A stretch of 64,000 nucleotides of DNA from Iphione sp. A-MEVVRFRX5 (Eukaryota). The first letter of the stretch is position 1. Every line of letters starts with the position of its first letter. Made by a program: the position numbers and the translations under genes. Of the stretch, positions 63,700 through 64,000 are shown piece by piece. Where the stretch lies: contig OZ320313.1 in the NCBI GenBank assembly GCA_976226885.1, positions 52,142,001 through 52,206,000 on the forward strand, given 5' to 3'. The notes under the pieces are model-generated. The model worked only from the letters and a program-made list of their open reading frames with translations, was not told the origin of the DNA and did not search any database.

Positions 63700-64000
63700 A
63701 TAAAATGTCTGAAATCGACGCCCGAGCCGGCTGAGTGCTCTTTGAAGGCTTTCGGTGTTAATCCCCAGGCGGCCCCGGGCGGGGGACGGCGTGGGGCGGG
63801 CGGCGGGCGGCGGGCGGCATTAGGCCGCGCTACCACGGGCCATCGTCTGACAGCCGCATTATAGTGAAACATAGGTGGCCAGCACCGGCGCCTGTCACCC
63901 AGCCGACGGCCACTGCGGCAGGGTCATTGATCAAGAGGCGCCCGCTGACGCCAAGAATAGACGCCTGCGCGTCCGGGCGCTGCGTCTAGACGGGCGGCGG
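63700..64000. promoter_or_regulatory. CpG island-like GC-rich segment running off the window edge
   Basis: Visibly very high GC and CpG density, repeated GGCGGGC / GC-box motifs, canonical G4 motif at 63777-63800. Confidence 0.45.

Noticed and set aside
1-64000. tRNA, rRNA, CRISPR arrays, prokaryotic operons
   Set aside because: None seen. Spliced exons, LINEs and MITEs show this is eukaryotic nuclear DNA, and the tandem arrays lack the constant-repeat/unique-spacer pattern.

Overview
Eukaryotic (invertebrate bilaterian-type) genomic DNA; the species cannot be established from the sequence. The first ~6.5 kb holds the 3' end of a muscleblind (mbl/MBNL) gene on the + strand: four coding exons (935-1082, 2014-2117, 4077-4161, 4938-5059) encoding the KRP/SGIPxYQP region, an Ala-rich linker and a C-terminal pair of CCCH zinc fingers, followed by a probable long 3' UTR. 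The most striking observation is a splicing switch. Exon 2014-2117 lies behind a 157-nt AG-free zone with a distant branch point, seven YGCY (Muscleblind) motifs and a TGCATG (RBFOX) motif. Skipping it moves exon 4077 into a second frame ending VAGHPPNLPRF*, which closely resembles the Drosophila MblC C-terminus as I recall it, and removes the zinc-finger pair. The remaining ~57 kb has no recognisable host gene. It contains a decayed I-superclade LINE with RNase H (~17.7-22.4 kb, - strand) carrying a nested MITE and minisatellites, a CR1/L2-like RT fragment (~33.5-34.6 kb), several MITEs and microsatellites, a 141-N gap, and many GC/CpG-rich enhancer-like islands that become denser toward the right edge, including a compact five-half-site nuclear-receptor element at 10624-10672. 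Protein comparisons are from recall, not database searches.
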